From contig CATLFB010000007.1 of assembly GCA_949927415.1 (NCBI GenBank), positions 24,412 through 88,411 of the forward strand: a stretch of 64,000 nucleotides of DNA. Direction: 5' to 3'. The DNA comes from an uncultured Candidatus Melainabacteria bacterium (GTDB lineage: Bacteria; Cyanobacteriota; Vampirovibrionia; Gastranaerophilales; Gastranaerophilaceae). The notes beneath the pieces are model-generated. The model searched no databases and had not been told where the DNA came from. It saw only the letters and a list, made by a program, of their open reading frames with translations. Shown one piece after another: positions 27,901 to 37,106 of this stretch (within the stretch, counting starts at the first letter, position 1; every line of letters starts with the position of its first letter). Made by a program: the position numbers and the translations under genes.

Positions 27901-30519
27901 ATGACTTCAACAATTGAAAAAGTTGAATATAATGTTGCAAACAGTTTTGACAAAAACAACGAAATCATTCAAAGCTGGAAAGATGATTTACAAAAACTTG
28001 AAAACAAATTGGACGAAAATTCGAGAAATGCACAAGATTTACTGAGCGGCTCTCTCAAAGAATTTTCAGAAGATTTTAAAACAACCTCAACCGCCGCAAA
28101 AGATGAAATTATCTCAAACATCGGAGCCTTAGAATTAGATTTGATTTCTCAAATGGATTCTATAAAAGAGGATTACGCAAACGGCCGCGAAAAGCTGGAT
28201 TCCGTGTTGAACGCCTTGAATGAAAAAGTTGACATTCTTGCGCTTTCGGATACTTCGTCAAATATCGAAGAGCTGGTAGGTTCTCTGCGCGAAAAAATAG
28301 ATGCAATAGCAGATACCGAAAGCGATACCAAACTAAAAAGCATTGAATCCGCATTGGATACGCTCAGCAGTAAAATCGATATTCTGGCGCTTTCAGATGA
28401 CGAAACAGCCTTAGAAGAAGTTTCAGGCGCTATACAGTCAATCAATGACAAACTTTCGGATTTCTCAGCTAAGATAGAAAATTCAAAACAAAATGAACTG
28501 GAAAAACTTCTAAATATATTGAACGATAAAATAGATATAATCGCGCTTTCAGACGATAATACAGCGGCAGAAGAAATTGAAGGCGTCATAAAATCTTTGC
28601 ATGAAAAAATAGATATTTTAGCCCTGAGCGATAGCGATTCAAAACTTGATGAACTTGAAGATGTCATGAATTCACTGCATGCAAAATTAGATTTGATGGT
28701 GGAATCTTCTGAGGATACAAAATTAGATGAAATCGGAGATTCTGTAAAATCGCTGCATGCAAAATTGGATTTGATAGTCGAAAGCAGCGAAGAATCTAAA
28801 TTAGATGAAATCGACAGCACAGTCAAAAACTTGAATGATAAAATTGATGTCCTCGCAATTTCTGACGACAATGCAAAATTTGAAGAACTTGAAGATGTAA
28901 TCAAATCACTTCACGACAAGTTCGACCTGCTCGCAGAATCAGAAGATGAAACCAAACTTTTTGAAATAGAAGATTCAATCAAATCCTTGCACGAGAAATT
29001 TGACCTTATTGTTGAAACAGATGACAATTCAAAACTTGAGAAAATCGACAATGCTGTCAAAACTTTGCATGAAAAAATGGAACTTCTCTCAAATTCAAGC
29101 GATGTCGAAAAACTTGCAGGACTTGAAAATATCATAAAATCACTCGATGAAAAAATTGATATAATCGCCTCATCTGACGATGACACCAAACTCATTGAAC
29201 TTGAAGACGGAATCAAATCCCTTCACTCAAAAGTCGATGTAATAGCCTCATCTGATAATGAAGAAAAAATAGAAAACATGGTTCAGGCGCTCCATGACAA
29301 GGTGGATGTACTTGCCTCATCTGAGGATGCGGAATTGTACACAGAAATTCAGGACATAAAAGGCCTGATTGTAGAACAAAGAAAGCAAATCGAACAATTC
29401 GGAAACACAGAGCGCTCAGTTAATGTCGGAAAATATCTTGAAGATTTGGAAAACCGGCTTGCCGCACTCGATTTTGAGAAAAACGCAAGCGATATAAAGG
29501 ATTCCGTTATGAACGCAATCCTTGCTGTCGCAGACCAGATTACTTTTGCGGAAGAAACCGAAGAAATCAAAGACTTTGTTGAAGAAAGAACTGACGAAAT
29601 CAACAAAAATCTTCTCGATGTAAAAAAACAATTAAACAATATCGCCTGCAGTTCAGACGGCTGGGATTACTCATACACAATGCAGGATATCGAATCAGAT
29701 ATCGCAAAATTGAGAATAATCCTGAACGATATTTCATCCTCAACTTCAAAAGATGAAATAAACGAAATCTCTCAAAACATGCACAAAATCGCAGCCTCTG
29801 TAAACACTCTTCACAGCACGCTTACAGAAGAACAAATCCTTGAACTTAAAACCGATATCGAAAAAATCAATTCCGATGTCATAAGCCTGAGTTCAAGAAC
29901 AAACAAACTTCTTCTCTCATCCGATGAATCCTACAAAGCCCTCACCGACGGCCTTGATGAATTCAGCAGAGTAACCAACCAGCTGCAAAAACGTATCGAT
30001 GAACTTGATAACAGCGCACTCTCTGAAATCATCGAAAAGAAACTCGATAATATCAACGATGCTGTCACTTCTTCTGCAAATTCAGACAACATAATGCGTC
30101 AGGTAATGCTATATCTCGGCGAATGGATTGATGAGGCAAGTGCAAAATTAGACACAATCTCAAACGATACATCAAATTTGTCGCTCGTGAATTCAGAACT
30201 TTGCCTGCTCAAATCGAAACTTGACGACAAAGCTTTGATTGACACTGTTGAATCAAAATTCGAAGAACAGGAAAGCCGTATCGAAAGTTTGGAAAGAAAG
30301 CTTGAAGCAGTCTTGAATGCAGTCGAAAATTCAGGAAGCCAAAATCCTCAAATAAATAACGTGATGGAACTTTTTGATGATAAAATAAATTCAGTGGATG
30401 ATAAAATGTCTAATCTTGAAGAAAAAATTACAGCACTGAATTGCAAACTCGAAAAACTTGACGATAAATTAGACAAACTCTCAAAAGGAATAGAAAAACT
30501 GGCGTCTTATGTTGACTAA
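24958..30519 (+). CDS. giant acidic coiled-coil protein (1853 aa) with a tandem 26-residue repeat block
   Basis: Single uninterrupted ORF with an AAGGAAAA RBS region. There is no signal peptide or TM segment. It is E/D/K/L/I/N-rich throughout. Its stop overlaps the next gene's start by 11 nt. Confidence 0.85.
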   Translation: MAQTETDELLNSIKAEYQLNSEMFGKALTDINSKLEDIAHDSAAAELMNTGLQDLTAELGNRHRFISEKFENIKDSFEILNQNQDLLVKNSDLKIMFNILNENVDHFAHELSEQQALISDMESKFTEFRNDTSRKDEIIQNVSVVKEGIDEVNRGLQASIMEVNSNLRGITKTLMTMDATEQNDIMKRELENIYLAANAVLSSIQILDQKNDGLAKNIVCKDDLINLAGKIDNSFAIVSERIDSYESGSVEDTKKILAEIEKCRSEFNGFNENIVVRLSEYLNSVRDVLANCIDEIKQSQALSNIESDSIARQKFENLEKLSGEIKNIDSAISTQNDTYIGLVNDKIKELGSVIGDFKTYFTEIHAGDENALQIKFDSLDNLLAQGNAILQDKFSELQVKVENAVSIINQFAEDNNIKLGNSLSEISDIKSEISRILDNMTSFNSHQDAHLTHIDGRLEGDFAELKNNLNGFCSSFEALKYNLEQSNIDNRELLAEIVESASAKTREIVQNLANSSGENAAKTLNMQMEFLQEQFNDLKNVFTSIAAQNVQNILSVIENAFGKVDAAGENLAGKFDEKFTEVRDLLAFSGSENKQQIAELGDRINAAAQFNTGNIISGIETVSSKIDMMGVDLSTEIDNNFEMVRDFIEKSNADKDQHNADITALSDCIKILETEFTNNTEKFKNVLTEQMDSLDNYISVLKECNSKEEEENPNTEEFNKLNEKMLAIETAMHEAGENFSDNLMMVQNKIADYAHALDAVSDETGEKLDNSLIEISSVKFELVKILETLSQSGEDVSSKVSETLKDLIVKFEDIAMNVTDIKSDVNSNITSSIQENSAIIEEKFFILQELLNDNNLRNFDRISECDETLRNKIEDLKQEIGLINTDITDIITARTESLTYEFAPLKEAIDKFLNEDFDKIIDGVKSQIELSYLNFSADVNENLTENHDNYVQLNEAYQTLTGKFALVEEVINDLVQNQIGIMTSTIEKVEYNVANSFDKNNEIIQSWKDDLQKLENKLDENSRNAQDLLSGSLKEFSEDFKTTSTAAKDEIISNIGALELDLISQMDSIKEDYANGREKLDSVLNALNEKVDILALSDTSSNIEELVGSLREKIDAIADTESDTKLKSIESALDTLSSKIDILALSDDETALEEVSGAIQSINDKLSDFSAKIENSKQNELEKLLNILNDKIDIIALSDDNTAAEEIEGVIKSLHEKIDILALSDSDSKLDELEDVMNSLHAKLDLMVESSEDTKLDEIGDSVKSLHAKLDLIVESSEESKLDEIDSTVKNLNDKIDVLAISDDNAKFEELEDVIKSLHDKFDLLAESEDETKLFEIEDSIKSLHEKFDLIVETDDNSKLEKIDNAVKTLHEKMELLSNSSDVEKLAGLENIIKSLDEKIDIIASSDDDTKLIELEDGIKSLHSKVDVIASSDNEEKIENMVQALHDKVDVLASSEDAELYTEIQDIKGLIVEQRKQIEQFGNTERSVNVGKYLEDLENRLAALDFEKNASDIKDSVMNAILAVADQITFAEETEEIKDFVEERTDEINKNLLDVKKQLNNIACSSDGWDYSYTMQDIESDIAKLRIILNDISSSTSKDEINEISQNMHKIAASVNTLHSTLTEEQILELKTDIEKINSDVISLSSRTNKLLLSSDESYKALTDGLDEFSRVTNQLQKRIDELDNSALSEIIEKKLDNINDAVTSSANSDNIMRQVMLYLGEWIDEASAKLDTISNDTSNLSLVNSELCLLKSKLDDKALIDTVESKFEEQESRIESLERKLEAVLNAVENSGSQNPQINNVMELFDDKINSVDDKMSNLEEKITALNCKLEKLDDKLDKLSKGIEKLASYVD
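28200..29350 (+). repeat. in-frame tandem repeat, about 15 copies of a 78-nt/26-aa unit
   Basis: The unit consensus is roughly LEDxIKSLHxKxDxLAxSxDxxKLxE, for example LEDVIKSLHDKFDLLAESEDETKLFE and IEDSIKSLHEKFDLIVETDDNSKLEK. Confidence 0.85.
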
Positions 30520-31894
30520 AAACAATATAATAAAAGATTTAAAAACAATTTTACCCCGCGAAAACGTTCTCACAGAGCTTGAAGAGCGCTACGCCTACAG
30601 TCAGGATGCCACAAACCTTCCTGATATAAAAAATCTAGCAGACGCAGTTGTTTTTGTCGAAACTATTCAGGAAGTCCAAAATGTTGTCCGCCTTGCGCGA
30701 AAATACAAAACGCCGGTAATCTGCCGCGGCGCGGGCACAAACGTCGTCGGTGCATGCGCCGCTGAACATGGCGGAATCATTCTGAATTTTTCCAGAATGA
30801 ATAAAATTCTGGAACTGAATCGCCAAAACATGACCGCCCGCGTTCAGCCCGGAGTTGTTGTGGGTGTCTTGCAACAAATGGCCGAAAATGTCGGACTTTA
30901 CTATCCGCCTGACCCTTCAAACCTTGCAGTTTCCACAATGGGCGGAAGCATCGCGCAATCATCAGGAGGCGCCAGAACCTTCAAATACGGTTCCACAAAA
31001 GACTACATTATAGATTTGAAAGTCGTTATGGCAGACGGTGAAATTCTTCAAACCGGCGCAAATACAATAAAAAATGCCACCGGATACAACCTCTCAAGTT
31101 TGTTTGTCGGAAGCGAAGGCACCCTCGGAATTGTCGTTGAAGCAACCGTAAAACTTATCCCAAAACCCGAAGATAAGCGCGTTTTGATGGCATACTTCGA
31201 CAAAATCGAAGATTCGGTTGCTGCCGTCGACAGCATTATTGAACAGCGGGTTTTCCCGACCACAATTGATTTTATGGACCAAAACGCAATCCAAACCGTT
31301 GAAAAATTTTACCCTTCAAATCTTTTGACAGACAAAGAAGCGGCTCTGGTAATCGAAGTAGACGGCTTTAAAAATGCAGTCGAATATCAAAGCGAAATTA
31401 TAAAATCAATTTTGCATTCCGCAAACGCCTCAGCAATTCAATGTTCCACAAACGAAGAAGAGTATAATAAAATCTGGACAGCGCGCCGCTCCTCAATGGG
31501 CGCCTGCGCCAAGTTAAAACCCAATGTCACAACAGATGATGTCATTGTCCCGCGCGAAAATCTTGCAAAATTGGTCATCGGAATCCGTGAAATCTGCGAA
31601 AAATACAATCTCGCAGTCTGCATGGTAGGTCATGTGGGAGATGGAAGCGTTCATCCACAAATCCCGATTGATTATAGAGATACGGATGAATATCACAGAT
31701 TCAAACTCGCAAAATCAGAAATATATGATTTAACCGCCCGCCTTGACGGAATTCTCTCCGGCGAACACGGAATCGGCTCTTTAAAAAGAGATTATATCCA
31801 TCTTGTCGTGAACAATACGGCGCTTGATTACATGCGGACAATCAAAAAAACTTTTGACCCTGATAATATCTTGAATCCGTATAAAATATTTTAA
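30509..31894 (+). CDS. FAD-linked oxidase (GlcD / D-lactate dehydrogenase family)
   Basis: 461 aa with an FAD_binding_4-like N-terminal half (RGAGTNVVG). The C-terminal GEHGIG motif is typical of GlcD-like enzymes. Confidence 0.85.
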   Translation: MLTKNNIIKDLKTILPRENVLTELEERYAYSQDATNLPDIKNLADAVVFVETIQEVQNVVRLARKYKTPVICRGAGTNVVGACAAEHGGIILNFSRMNKILELNRQNMTARVQPGVVVGVLQQMAENVGLYYPPDPSNLAVSTMGGSIAQSSGGARTFKYGSTKDYIIDLKVVMADGEILQTGANTIKNATGYNLSSLFVGSEGTLGIVVEATVKLIPKPEDKRVLMAYFDKIEDSVAAVDSIIEQRVFPTTIDFMDQNAIQTVEKFYPSNLLTDKEAALVIEVDGFKNAVEYQSEIIKSILHSANASAIQCSTNEEEYNKIWTARRSSMGACAKLKPNVTTDDVIVPRENLAKLVIGIREICEKYNLAVCMVGHVGDGSVHPQIPIDYRDTDEYHRFKLAKSEIYDLTARLDGILSGEHGIGSLKRDYIHLVVNNTALDYMRTIKKTFDPDNILNPYKIF

Positions 31895-31896
31895 TT

Positions 31897-31926
31897 AAAA
31901 AAGGAGCCGTCAAGGCTCCTTTAAAA
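31897..31926. terminator. bidirectional hairpin terminator
   Basis: AAGGAGCC / GGCTCCTT stem flanked by A and T runs, between convergent genes. Confidence 0.75.
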
Positions 31927-31927
31927 T

Positions 31928-32269
31928 TTAGTTGTCCGGCCCGATACTGTTCAGCCCGACACTCAAAATCGACAGCAGCAGCGCCCCTAAGAATGCACTG
32001 AAGAAATTGTCCACTTCAAATCCGGGCGCTATGTAGCCTGCAAACATGAACAATAAAGCGTTGATTACAAGCGTAAAAAGCCCGAGTGTCACAATGTTTA
32101 TCGGCAGAGTTACCAGCATCAAAACCGGCTTGATAAACACGTTTATGAATGCGATTATTACAGCCACAATCAGCGCGTTCAAAAATCCCGAAACATTTAT
32201 CCCCGGAACAACCCATGAGATAAACATTATCACTAATGCAAAACCTATCCAACGTAGAAATAATAACAT
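31928..32269 (-). CDS. four-TM membrane protein of the phage-holin-4_2 (YvlD-like) family
   Basis: 113 aa. The pattern ...INVFIKPVLMLVTLPINIVTLGLFTLVINAL...GF.V..F is characteristic of that family. Confidence 0.7.
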   Translation of the reverse strand: MLLFLRWIGFALVIMFISWVVPGINVSGFLNALIVAVIIAFINVFIKPVLMLVTLPINIVTLGLFTLVINALLFMFAGYIAPGFEVDNFFSAFLGALLLSILSVGLNSIGPDN

Positions 32270-32519
32270 AACAGTCTCCTTATTTTTATGTATTTATTAT
32301 AAAAATTTTTCTCAATCGCTTCATTATCTGAAATGAGGATATAGAAGACTGTTCGGCCTAGGTAGAAAGTTTTAAAAATGAATCCATGTTGACTTTTTTT
32401 TAAAAATTCTTAAAAATCATGCAAAACCCATCCAAACAGATGATTTTTTTCTGAGAAAATACGTCAAACTGGTAATAGTACCGTATAATCATGAAAAAAG
32501 CAAAAAAAGAGGAAAAATT

Positions 32520-33218
32520 ATGAGAATCAATGGCGGAATTCGATATATGGAACGTGGAATTGACCTTTCGATAAGGGCAATGCAGGTTCAAACCGAATTG
32601 ATGTCAATCGCAAATGAGAACGTAAACGGTTTTGACAAAATCGGCTATCAAAGGCAGGAAGCCGTTGTTTCATCATTTACGGAATTTTTAGGCACAAACG
32701 GGATCTCCAAAACAACGGATACAAAAGTCGGCCGAATTTCAATGTCAGCCAACCCTCTTGACTTTGCAATCGCAAAAGAAGGCTATTTCCAAACCGAAGG
32801 CGATGACGGAATCAAACTTACACGCGACGGCCGCTTCAAAATCGACAAAGAAGGAAACCTTCTAACACTCGATGACAGACGCGTCCTCTCAAATTCCGGA
32901 ATGCCGATTGTTCTTCCTCTTGTACCTGAAAAACTCGAGCATATCAAAGTTGACGAAGAAGGGCTTGTAAAAGTTTTGAACAAAACAACAGGCGAGATGG
33001 AAATCGCAGGAACAATCGGTGTCGTTGACGCAAACGGGCTTGTTGTTATGGAACCTCAGGTTAAACAGGGTTACAACGAATATTCAAACGTCGCCCTACA
33101 AAATGAATTCATTGGAATGATGCCTGTTATAAGAAATTTTGAAGCAAACAGACAGCTTTTCATGATTCAAAACCAGAATCTTCAGAAAGTAATCTCGCAG
33201 CTCGGAAGCACTTCATAA
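32520..33218 (+). CDS. flgF: flagellar basal-body rod protein, FlgF-like
   Basis: N-terminal ANENVNGFDKIGYQRQ and C-terminal SNVALQNEFIGMMPVIRNFEAN rod-family motifs. AGAGGAAAA RBS. Confidence 0.75.
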   Translation: MRINGGIRYMERGIDLSIRAMQVQTELMSIANENVNGFDKIGYQRQEAVVSSFTEFLGTNGISKTTDTKVGRISMSANPLDFAIAKEGYFQTEGDDGIKLTRDGRFKIDKEGNLLTLDDRRVLSNSGMPIVLPLVPEKLEHIKVDEEGLVKVLNKTTGEMEIAGTIGVVDANGLVVMEPQVKQGYNEYSNVALQNEFIGMMPVIRNFEANRQLFMIQNQNLQKVISQLGSTS

Positions 33219-33279
33219 AATCCCGCAATCGTTCGGATTCATAAATAACAAATGGAAAAGTAAAAAGGATTAAAAAATT

Positions 33280-33993
33280 ATGCAAAACTTGCAGGCAATC
33301 ATCAGAAAAAGTGTAAACAACGTAACAAACCAGTGGGACAGACTGGGTTACGTTGCAAACGACCTTGCAAACTACAACACGCATGGGTATAAATCCGTAA
33401 GATTTGAACAAATGCTTAACGAAGACGGCTATTTGACCGGCGCAATCCGTTCAGATCACAGAACCGGTTCAATCCGGGTTACAAGTAATCCTTTTGACGT
33501 CGCAATTACAGGCCCCGGCTATATTCCGGTCGTCTCTCCGAAAGGCGAAATCCAATACACACGCGACGGCGCTTTCAAACAGGGTAAAGAAGGCTATCTG
33601 ATGACAAACGATGACTGGATTGTCGGCGAAGGCATAAAAATTCCGGCCAACTGCTACAAATTTCTGATAAAACCAAACGGAGATGTTATCGTCCATGATG
33701 AGGTAGATTCCCCGGGTAAAAAAATCGGAAATATTCCGCTCGTGCAATTTGACAACCCCGAAGGCTTAGAGCAGGGCGGCTTGAACAAACTTGTTCCGAC
33801 AGAAGATTCCGGCGAGCCGCGATTGGTTAAAAATCATGACTACATTGCGCAAAATAATATTGAAAATTCCAATGTGAATATTTACGACAATGTCAACATC
33901 ATGCTTCGCCTGAACGCCTCAATGCTTGCAAGCACAAGGCTTATGAAAGTCGTTGATGATATGTACAACAAATCTATTAATATCAGAGATTAA
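33280..33993 (+). CDS. flgG: flagellar basal-body rod protein, FlgG-like
   Basis: N-terminal ANDLANYNTHGYKSVRF and C-terminal IENSNVNIYDNVNIMLRLNASM motifs. Confidence 0.8.
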   Translation: MQNLQAIIRKSVNNVTNQWDRLGYVANDLANYNTHGYKSVRFEQMLNEDGYLTGAIRSDHRTGSIRVTSNPFDVAITGPGYIPVVSPKGEIQYTRDGAFKQGKEGYLMTNDDWIVGEGIKIPANCYKFLIKPNGDVIVHDEVDSPGKKIGNIPLVQFDNPEGLEQGGLNKLVPTEDSGEPRLVKNHDYIAQNNIENSNVNIYDNVNIMLRLNASMLASTRLMKVVDDMYNKSINIRD

Positions 33994-34064
33994 TAAATTT
34001 AAAACGGGTTAAAGATTCGGCAGGGAAACAGAATCAAATTTAAAAAAACAGAGAAAGGACAAAA

Positions 34065-34412
34065 ATGTTTACAGCACTGGACAATATGGGAAAAGTCGGA
34101 CTAATGATGGATCTGATTACGCAAAGACAGGTCGCATTAGGTTCCAATCTTGCAAACATGGACACCCCCGGTTATGTCAGACGAGATGTGAATTTTTCCG
34201 AATATCTGGGAACAATGAACAGTCCTTTAGAAACAAAACTTTCAGAAAAGCTTGGTGCCTCCGCCGTGATTTCAGAGCGTACATACGAAGAAATCCGGCC
34301 GGATAAAGAGTTTATGGAACTTCAAAACAACGCCCTTCTATACACAATGGCAACACGGCGTATGTCAAACATAATTACGGAGATGAAAACCGTAATCAAC
34401 GTAGGTAAGTAA
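34065..34412 (+). CDS. flgB: flagellar basal-body rod protein FlgB
   Basis: 115 aa with SNLANMDTPGYVRRDVNF. Confidence 0.85.
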   Translation: MFTALDNMGKVGLMMDLITQRQVALGSNLANMDTPGYVRRDVNFSEYLGTMNSPLETKLSEKLGASAVISERTYEEIRPDKEFMELQNNALLYTMATRRMSNIITEMKTVINVGK

Positions 34413-34459
34413 TATTGAGGCACTTTAAAAATCCCTCAGCAAGAACAGGAGCATAAATT

Positions 34460-34903
34460 ATGAGTCTAATGGGTTCAATGGATATAGGTCAAAGAGCACT
34501 CCGCTCACATGGATTGCGGCTTGACGTGCATTCCCGAAATATGGCAAATGTTGATACGCCAAATTATGTCAGACGCATTCCTGTTCTTAATGCGACTGAA
34601 GAAATCTCTTTCCACGGGCTTTTGAACGAAATGAAAGAAGATGTTTTCGGCATCGGTACCCTTCCGCTGCTTCAAGGCGGAGTTGTTTTCAACGGCTGTA
34701 TAGAAGACCCGACGCTTGGCGAAAAAATCTACAAACCCGGTCATCCTGACGCTGATGAAAACGGGTACATAAGAGCCTCAAACGTAAACCCGATGGTTGA
34801 AATGGCCGACGCTATTATGGCGCAAAGAGCCTATGAAGCCAACCTTGCGCTTGTCAATATCACAAAATCAATGGCTCAGCGTGCAACTGAAATCGGAAGA
34901 TAA
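34460..34903 (+). CDS. flgC: flagellar basal-body rod protein FlgC
   Basis: 147 aa with SRNMANVDTPNYVRR and C-terminal RAYEANLALVNITKSM. Confidence 0.9.
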   Translation: MSLMGSMDIGQRALRSHGLRLDVHSRNMANVDTPNYVRRIPVLNATEEISFHGLLNEMKEDVFGIGTLPLLQGGVVFNGCIEDPTLGEKIYKPGHPDADENGYIRASNVNPMVEMADAIMAQRAYEANLALVNITKSMAQRATEIGR

Positions 34904-34905
34904 TT

Positions 34906-35613
34906 TTAGCGGACATCTTCAGGGTCGACTTTCCAGTTGTTTTTCATTATTTTTGAAAAACAGAAATATCCTTTTGTCCTGCAGTTCTCTTCAACTTCAT
35001 TATCAGGACAATCTATTCCTGCCGGCAGCAATCCTCTTTCAGTCATTACATAAATAAATACATCTTTTCCCAGCGTATTCGGTTTCTTGAACCCGTTAAC
35101 GTCAACCGCCATAACAACTATTGCCGAATTGTTTGTTACATTAACGCCAAAAGCATTTGTAACATTCTCCGCATGATTAAACGACCATGTATCTATTGTA
35201 AAAGCATAGCCGTCTATTGTTGTAAATCCTACAACTCCGGAACCGATTCCTTTTTCATTTCCGTATTTGCTGCCGTTTTTCAAATATGTTTGTGCCCAGC
35301 AGCCTGCTTTGTTTTCGCAATAACTTTGAACCTTAAACTGCGGCTTAAGATAATTTTCATAAAAATATTTAGCGCTTTCTGTTCATCCGCCGTCTTTTAT
35401 CAGCGAAAGATATCTGAAATCCCCGTCCGGCACAGCCCGCAGCATTGCCTGATATGTTATGGTATAAATTTTCTTCAACTGTGTTGAAAGTACATTGCTT
35501 TGATATTTTGCAACAAGCGCCGGCAGTGTCATGGCCGCAACTATTCCTGTAATTCCAAGTATTATTAAAACTTCTGCAAGAGTAAAGGATTCTAAGCTAT
35601 TCTTTCGGTTCAT
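34906..35613 (-). pseudogene. prepilin-type pseudopilin paralog interrupted by one in-frame TGA (35383-35385)
   Basis: ORFs 35383-35613 and 34906-35283 are in the same frame. The 33 codons between them translate as TESAKYFYENYLKPQFKVQSYCENKAGCWAQTY, which aligns with the intact paralog 14702-15421. The -1 residue of the prepilin site is Ser, not Gly. Confidence 0.75.
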
Positions 35614-35711
35614 AATCGCTCCTTTTTTTATCGTTACTTAAATTATAAATTTAATTTTAAATTATTAATTTAAAATTGTCAATAATTTTTAAAATAAGCT
35701 ATGCTTAAATA

Positions 35712-35921
35712 ATGGGCATTTGTAACGAAATAAAAAAAATAATGATTGATAAAGATATGACATTGACTCAGCTTTCGCAAATTATTTCTGAGAAAAAGAA
35801 CAAGCATTATACTGTGCAAAATCTTTCGCAAAAGCTTCGCAATAACACTTTGAATGCCCTTGAAATCGAGATTATTCTGCAGGCATTGGAGCATAAAATT
35901 ATATTTTATCCGAATTCTTGA
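35712..35921 (+). CDS. small HTH (XRE-like) regulator, divergent from the interrupted pilin gene
   Basis: 69 aa with MTLTQLSQIISEKKNKHYTVQNLSQKL, which resembles an HTH_3 core. Confidence 0.5.
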   Translation: MGICNEIKKIMIDKDMTLTQLSQIISEKKNKHYTVQNLSQKLRNNTLNALEIEIILQALEHKIIFYPNS

Positions 35922-35975
35922 TTATGTTATAATTTTTTGGGGCGCGAACTGCCTTAAAAATAGCAGGAGAATATT

Positions 35976-36965
35976 ATGACAAAAATTTCCGTAATTATGC
36001 CGGTTTATAATGTTGAGAAGTATCTGCCGCAGTGTTTGGAAAGCGTTTTGGCGCAAACCCTTTCTGATATTGAAATTATTTGTGTAAACGACGGTTCGAC
36101 AGACGATTCTTTGAAAGTTTTGCAAGAATATAAATCACGTGATGAGCGAATTGTGATTATTGATAAAGCAAACGAAGGTTCCGGGGTTGCCAGAAACACC
36201 GCGCTTGCGATTGCAAAGGGCGAATTTGTGTATTTTGTGGATTCCGACGACTGGCTGGACAATGCAAATGTTCTTGAAAAAATTTACGAAAAAGCAACTG
36301 CCGACAATTTGGATATTTTGATTTTCGGCGGGCTTTCCTGCTATGAAAAAGACGGAAAAATCATAAAAAGCAAAGGCGGTTACAGCCTTAAAAATATCGA
36401 CAAAAAATATTTTAACCATGTTTTCTCGGCAAAAGATATCAAAAAAGATGTTTTCAAATTTCCCTCAACCACCTGGACAAAACTTTACCGACGCGAATTT
36501 TTGTTAGAGAACAACATAAAATTCCAGCACATAAAAGTCGGGCAGGACCAGCTTCCGTTTTTCCATTCGATGATTTTGGCGCGACGGATAGAAGTTGTCG
36601 GTGAATACTATTACTGCTACCGCAAAAACCGTGCGGGAAGTGCGATGACAGTGAAAAAAAAGAAAAATTTTTCGCCGATATATGTAGCGCGTGCGGTGGA
36701 AAAACTTTTGAAAAATTTGGGTAAGGAAAAAGAATATGGCGAACTTGCGCTTGGAAAATATTTTGCAAAAGCGACCTCATGGCTTGGCAAATTTGAGGAT
36801 GATTTGAAGGATGAATATTATGCAGAGTACATCGGGCTTTTGACGCACCTTCAAAACACACAAAACGGCTGGTGGAAATACTTTAATCCGACGGTAAAAG
36901 ACGGATATTGGACATTAAAAATGAAACAATTTGTAGCAAAAAAGAAATTCATGCTTTTAAAATAA
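35976..36965 (+). CDS. family 2 glycosyltransferase
   Basis: ISVIMPVYNVEKYLPQCLESVLAQT...VNDGSTD...DSDD motifs. Confidence 0.85.
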   Translation: MTKISVIMPVYNVEKYLPQCLESVLAQTLSDIEIICVNDGSTDDSLKVLQEYKSRDERIVIIDKANEGSGVARNTALAIAKGEFVYFVDSDDWLDNANVLEKIYEKATADNLDILIFGGLSCYEKDGKIIKSKGGYSLKNIDKKYFNHVFSAKDIKKDVFKFPSTTWTKLYRREFLLENNIKFQHIKVGQDQLPFFHSMILARRIEVVGEYYYCYRKNRAGSAMTVKKKKNFSPIYVARAVEKLLKNLGKEKEYGELALGKYFAKATSWLGKFEDDLKDEYYAEYIGLLTHLQNTQNGWWKYFNPTVKDGYWTLKMKQFVAKKKFMLLK

Positions 36966-37106
36966 AATTTTTGTGATAAGATAAGTCATGCAAAAGCAAG
37001 GTTGTTGAAAAATCTAAAATCTTGCGGCAATAACATTAAGGGCAAGACAGATTTTGATATCTGAAAACCTTAACAGATAAAGTGAAAATCAAATAAAAAT
37101 CGAAAT

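Noticed and set aside
28173-29216. Long antisense ORFs (243 aa, 101 aa and others) inside the giant coiled-coil gene
   Set aside because: They are Ser/Phe-rich mirror images of the GA-rich sense repeats. They lack RBSs and lie wholly within a far longer, coherent sense ORF.
31928-32269. Holin-family gene as a sign of a prophage
   Set aside because: It is a single gene between housekeeping genes. There is no endolysin, capsid, tail or integrase gene nearby. This family is common as a chromosomal membrane protein.
35383-35385. TGA in the pilin paralog as selenocysteine, or the in-frame TAA/TGA codons as evidence of an alternative genetic code
   Set aside because: TAA, TGA and TAG each terminate conserved housekeeping genes at their expected ends: TAA in folD, pheT, fusA and ppdK, TGA in fixC and the CooC-like gene, and TAG in rplI and fixX. 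No SECIS-like hairpin or sel genes were seen. The intact paralog has Ser/Gln around the aligned position.
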